Shown here piece after piece: positions 28,869-32,309 of a DNA stretch of 32,309 nucleotides; within the stretch, counting starts at the first letter, position 1, and each line of letters starts with the position of its first letter. The stretch lies in contig MRSU01010799.1 of the NCBI GenBank assembly GCA_008369845.1, forward strand, positions 1 through 32,309. Direction: 5' to 3'. The notes under the pieces were generated by a model. It was given only the letters and a program-made list of their open reading frames with translations, did no database searches and had not been told where the DNA came from. Made by a program: the position numbers and the translations under genes. This DNA comes from Trichomonas gallinae (Eukaryota).

Positions 28869-29546
28869 TTATTTGATATTATTTCTTGAAATGTGTCCAA
28901 TAATACTTACATCGCTGTTGTCATCATCATGATATGAAACAAAGTCTTCCTCGACTGGTACAGAACCATCATCGTTAATTATTTTACCGTATAGTTCAAT
29001 TTTGTTGAGTGCTATGCATGGTGGATCTCCTGGACAAGCTTCAGTCTGAATTAGACGAACAAACCTTGTTGTATAAGTACTATCTAAATTATATTTTTTG
29101 TCTCTGCATCTGCGCATTGAATATTCCTTCTCTACTGAATGCACTGGTGTCCAAGTCTTGTTATCATCTGATATTTGAAGCTGCCAACTGTAAAGGCAAC
29201 ATTCGCAGCATCTGTGGCCTTTGTCTTCACAGCAGCACCTGTAGTATGATGAGCAGCATCCAGATTTAATGTAGTATGACGTTAATTCGATTTTTCGTTT
29301 CGTTAATGAAAATTGAATCCATGGGAAATCGGTTGATGATGCTCCACAGTTTGAACACCAGTCATATGTCTTATCTATTTGATCAAACGCATATTCTGGT
29401 TTAGTTAATTCAAAACTTCCATTTATTCTCTGTTTCGATGAACCACTTGCTGTATATTGTATGATGCCCTCCTTTATTGCACTCTTGAATATCGCCGTTG
29501 ACTGGTCATCATTTGAAATCGTAGAAACTATAAATAACCAAATCAT
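28869..29546 (-). CDS. F5/8 type C domain protein, Cys-rich; tandem paralog of 27738..28397 (225 aa)
   Basis: Same motif set. ATG 29546 is preferred because AAAGTGAC lies 3 nt upstream (29550-29557) and it yields a hydrophobic leader MIWLFIV; in-frame ATGs at 29576 and 29600 also exist. Confidence 0.9.
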   Translation of the reverse strand: MIWLFIVSTISNDDQSTAIFKSAIKEGIIQYTASGSSKQRINGSFELTKPEYAFDQIDKTYDWCSNCGASSTDFPWIQFSLTKRKIELTSYYIKSGCCSSYYRCCCEDKGHRCCECCLYSWQLQISDDNKTWTPVHSVEKEYSMRRCRDKKYNLDSTYTTRFVRLIQTEACPGDPPCIALNKIELYGKIINDDGSVPVEEDFVSYHDDDNSDVSIIGHISRNNIK

Positions 29547-30201
29547 TCTGTCACTTTTATTTTGACATTTTGACATGTAAATTATCATTATTTTGCTCAT
29601 AGAAGATTGTCTAATGTATTATTCTTTTCTAGTTTTTCTAGAGATAAAACTTATATAAATGAGTCATTGTCAGTAATATGAATGATCAATGTATTATTGA
29701 TCTTAAATTAATTCAATTTGTTATTTTTAATGATAGTATTATTTGTTGCACTGATATAATTTATATATCAGCATTGTGTTTCTATATTTTGCATTATTTC
29801 TATTAGAAAATAATTCCAATATATATAAAAATAATAATCAAAATTGATTCTAGTATAATTAAAGGAAAAATCACATTAGCAACATGTCTATTTGATATAT
29901 TTAAGCTTAATAACTGTTATATTCATTGTATTTTTTTATTATTTCAACAAAAATATCATATTTCAAGAATTAAATAATCAGCAAAACTGTTTATAAATCT
30001 AGGAGTATGTGGGTGAATTTTGAGTATATTTTAATCATTTGGTGAGTTAAGTAGATGAAAATAAAAAGCTAAAAATATATTTTGTTTGTTTTGAAGTAAT
30101 ATTGGAAATCTATTTATAAATCAAGTGGTCTAACGTTTTGAATATGATAAACACTTAATTTTAACTTATACAACATCAAAGCGATTAAATGTAAATATTT
30201 C

Positions 30202-30915
30202 TTACGCTCCCTGTTCAATAATTTGTGTGAGGGTTAATATCTCTTCATCCAAATCTTGGTCATTGCCCTTTTCGACGTATTCGATAGACTCAGCAACCTT
30301 TTGGATCTTGATACCTGCTTCGATTGTTGCAGCGGATAAGTTGAGGCGAGATTCTAAATCTGTTGTGAAGCTTGAAGCAAGTGCAACAGCAAGATCCTCC
30401 TGATATGTTGTTGAATCTTGTTTATATTGAGCTGTCTCTTTTTCGAACTTGCTCATTGCCTCCTTTTCATCCTTAACAGCATTAATATATTCTCTGCTAA
30501 CAGATTTGTACTCCTTGGAGTCTTTATTTGTCGCTTTATACTTAGCTTGGATTTTTTCTCTATTTTCAATAGCTTTCTCTTTTTGCTTTAATGCATTTTC
30601 GAGAGCTTTAGCTTTCTCAGCGATCTTATCGTGGTATGGGCCGATTTTAAGAACATCCTTATAAGCTGGAGCTGCTTTTGTCATGTGCTCGTGTTGTCCA
30701 GACACCAATCCCTTGTTGAATTCTCTGATTTCTTCTAATTTCTCTGTATAGTCATCGAGGATTGTTGTATTTGCCTTTTGCATCTGCGGGCCGAATCCAG
30801 CGCTGATATTTTCGTAGTAGACTCTGTCAGCGTTCTTCTCAGCCTCAACGGCCTTTGTGAAATCGGCAAGCTCAGGGAAAACTGCGATATTGCGTAATTT
30901 GTTGAAAATATTCAT
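30202..30915 (-). CDS. All-helical, probable BAR-domain-like protein (237 aa)
   Basis: Intact ORF from ATG 30915 (AAAGTGAC at 30935-30942); amphipathic N-terminus MNIFNKLRNI and three long helical segments. Fold call is inference. Confidence 0.8.
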   Translation of the reverse strand: MNIFNKLRNIAVFPELADFTKAVEAEKNADRVYYENISAGFGPQMQKANTTILDDYTEKLEEIREFNKGLVSGQHEHMTKAAPAYKDVLKIGPYHDKIAEKAKALENALKQKEKAIENREKIQAKYKATNKDSKEYKSVSREYINAVKDEKEAMSKFEKETAQYKQDSTTYQEDLAVALASSFTTDLESRLNLSAATIEAGIKIQKVAESIEYVEKGNDQDLDEEILTLTQIIEQGA

Positions 30916-32236
30916 TTTCTTTAGGAAAAATGTTGTCACTTTTTATGTTTAATTTTGACATTTGATTTTCTCACGGATTTCGCTTTTGTACTACCTAAAT
31001 GTCTGAAATTTTTAATAAAAAATGCTATAATGTAAAGATCGATTTCAATGACACTCGTTTGCCTTATTTTTTGCTCTAAAATGGTTCTACACTATCGTAT
31101 TCTCGCTGAATTTTTGCTGGTTTCGTTATGTTAGGTGTTAAAAAATGAACCGATTCGATAGCCGAGAATTGCATAGTAAAAGCATAGATTACAAGACGCT
31201 AACAATATCAATTTATTCTATAAATAGGCAAATCCTGAAGCTCAATGGATAATTACAATGAAATCAATGAAATATTTGCACGAATTCTTTAGATTCGTCT
31301 CACAGCGCCTATCTATGTTATTAATGCTATTATATTGATTTAAGTAATATAATTATAATAGATTTAGAACCAGAAAAGAGTATTTTCAAAAAATATTATA
31401 TCAACCTTTATGAGTATAACGCTAGTCATTTATTAGTAAAGCTATAATGAATAGAAAATATCTATGAATGTAATAAGCTCTGATGAGCATGAATGTTATA
31501 TGAAAAATTGGATATCATACGATAATGATGTTTAATAACAATATCATTGGATGTGTATTCGTAAAGTAAAACGATATTATGGGAATAAAATCCCATTGAT
31601 AGATATGAAAATTTGAAGAATTAGATATAAACGATAAATCTTGTAGAAATTTGATTGCATTAGCATAACTATGTTTTTGATTTAAAGGAAAGATGATTTA
31701 AGATGATTCATACGTGTTTATCACAACAATAAAACGAAAACATTTGGAATACATCAAATATGATGTGTATTTCAGCTGCATATCAGGAGATTTGACTGTA
31801 TGCGTTGTTATTTCTGCTTCTTTGTAGTCTTTGATCCATTGGGTTCCTCAGAATGCGAAGAAAAGACTAAATAAGAATTACTAAAATTACTTTGAATTTT
31901 TGAAATTTTTCTATTTTTAGGATTAAAATTCATATTCCTCAGATTATTTCATGGTAAATGAAGATTTTGTTTAAACAAACAATCTATATTATATATACTG
32001 AATATATTTCTCCTTCAACTGTTCGCATAAATATATAGTTTTCATGATAAAAAAATTGAAATTCCATTGATTCATCATTATCCACAGCTTTTAATACAAC
32101 TGATGCAGTCTCATCAAGGATCTAATTAAAATTCACAATGTATGTTTATTGTATAAACATGATTAATTATGATAATTGAAAAAAGATGAAATAATAAGTA
32201 AGTTAGTTGTAATAAATGATTTAGGAGGAATCAAAT

Positions 32237-32309
32237 TTACATTTCACCATCTTCTTCCTCATCACCACCCTCGACGGACTCGGCAGCGACTTCGTCGTAG
32301 TCCTTCTCG
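32237..32309 (-). CDS. TUBA: Alpha-tubulin, 3' end only (gene continues beyond window)
   Basis: Minus strand translates EKDYDEVAAESVEGGDEEEDGEM*, matching the alpha-tubulin C-terminal signature LEKDY(E/D)EV; the stop is embedded in TAAA. Confidence 0.93.
   Translation of the reverse strand, partial: EKDYDEVAAESVEGGDEEEDGEM

Noticed and set aside
31825..31869. 8-bp stem TAGTCTTT/AAAGACTA followed by an ANANNA-like sequence (second H/ACA candidate)
   Set aside because: Weak upper stem, no convincing second hairpin or promoter motifs, and ANANNA is common in AT-rich DNA.

Overview
AT-rich eukaryotic DNA with compact intronless genes, most consistent with a trichomonad (Trichomonas vaginalis or a close relative). 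This is inferred from the gene families (BspA-like LRR, ankyrin, CAMK-type kinases, F5/8C), short 5' UTRs with Inr-like TCATT and AAAGTGAC elements, and a Tyr-less alpha-tubulin tail. The window holds 13 complete protein genes: an STB6-like protein, an LMW-PTP, a GRIP golgin, two tandem pseudokinases, a DHHC acyltransferase, a 1094-aa coiled-coil protein, an ankyrin protein, an OSTC/DC2-like subunit, an FG/N-rich hypothetical protein, an intact Ser/Thr kinase and two tandem Cys-rich F5/8C proteins. It also holds a 14th complete gene for a BAR-like helical protein, the 3' end of an alpha-tubulin, a frameshifted BspA-like gene and two ankyrin pseudogene remnants. The most notable signals lie outside the ORF track: (1) a ~120-nt two-hairpin H/ACA-like ncRNA candidate with its own promoter-like motifs at 26869-26987 (-); (2) helically phased arrays of a TGHCRTGTAAA motif upstream of two genes, plus a dense TGTAAA/E2F-like cluster between convergent genes; (3) a BspA frameshift inside a perfect 20-bp palindrome. 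All family assignments are by-eye motif recognition; no searches were run.
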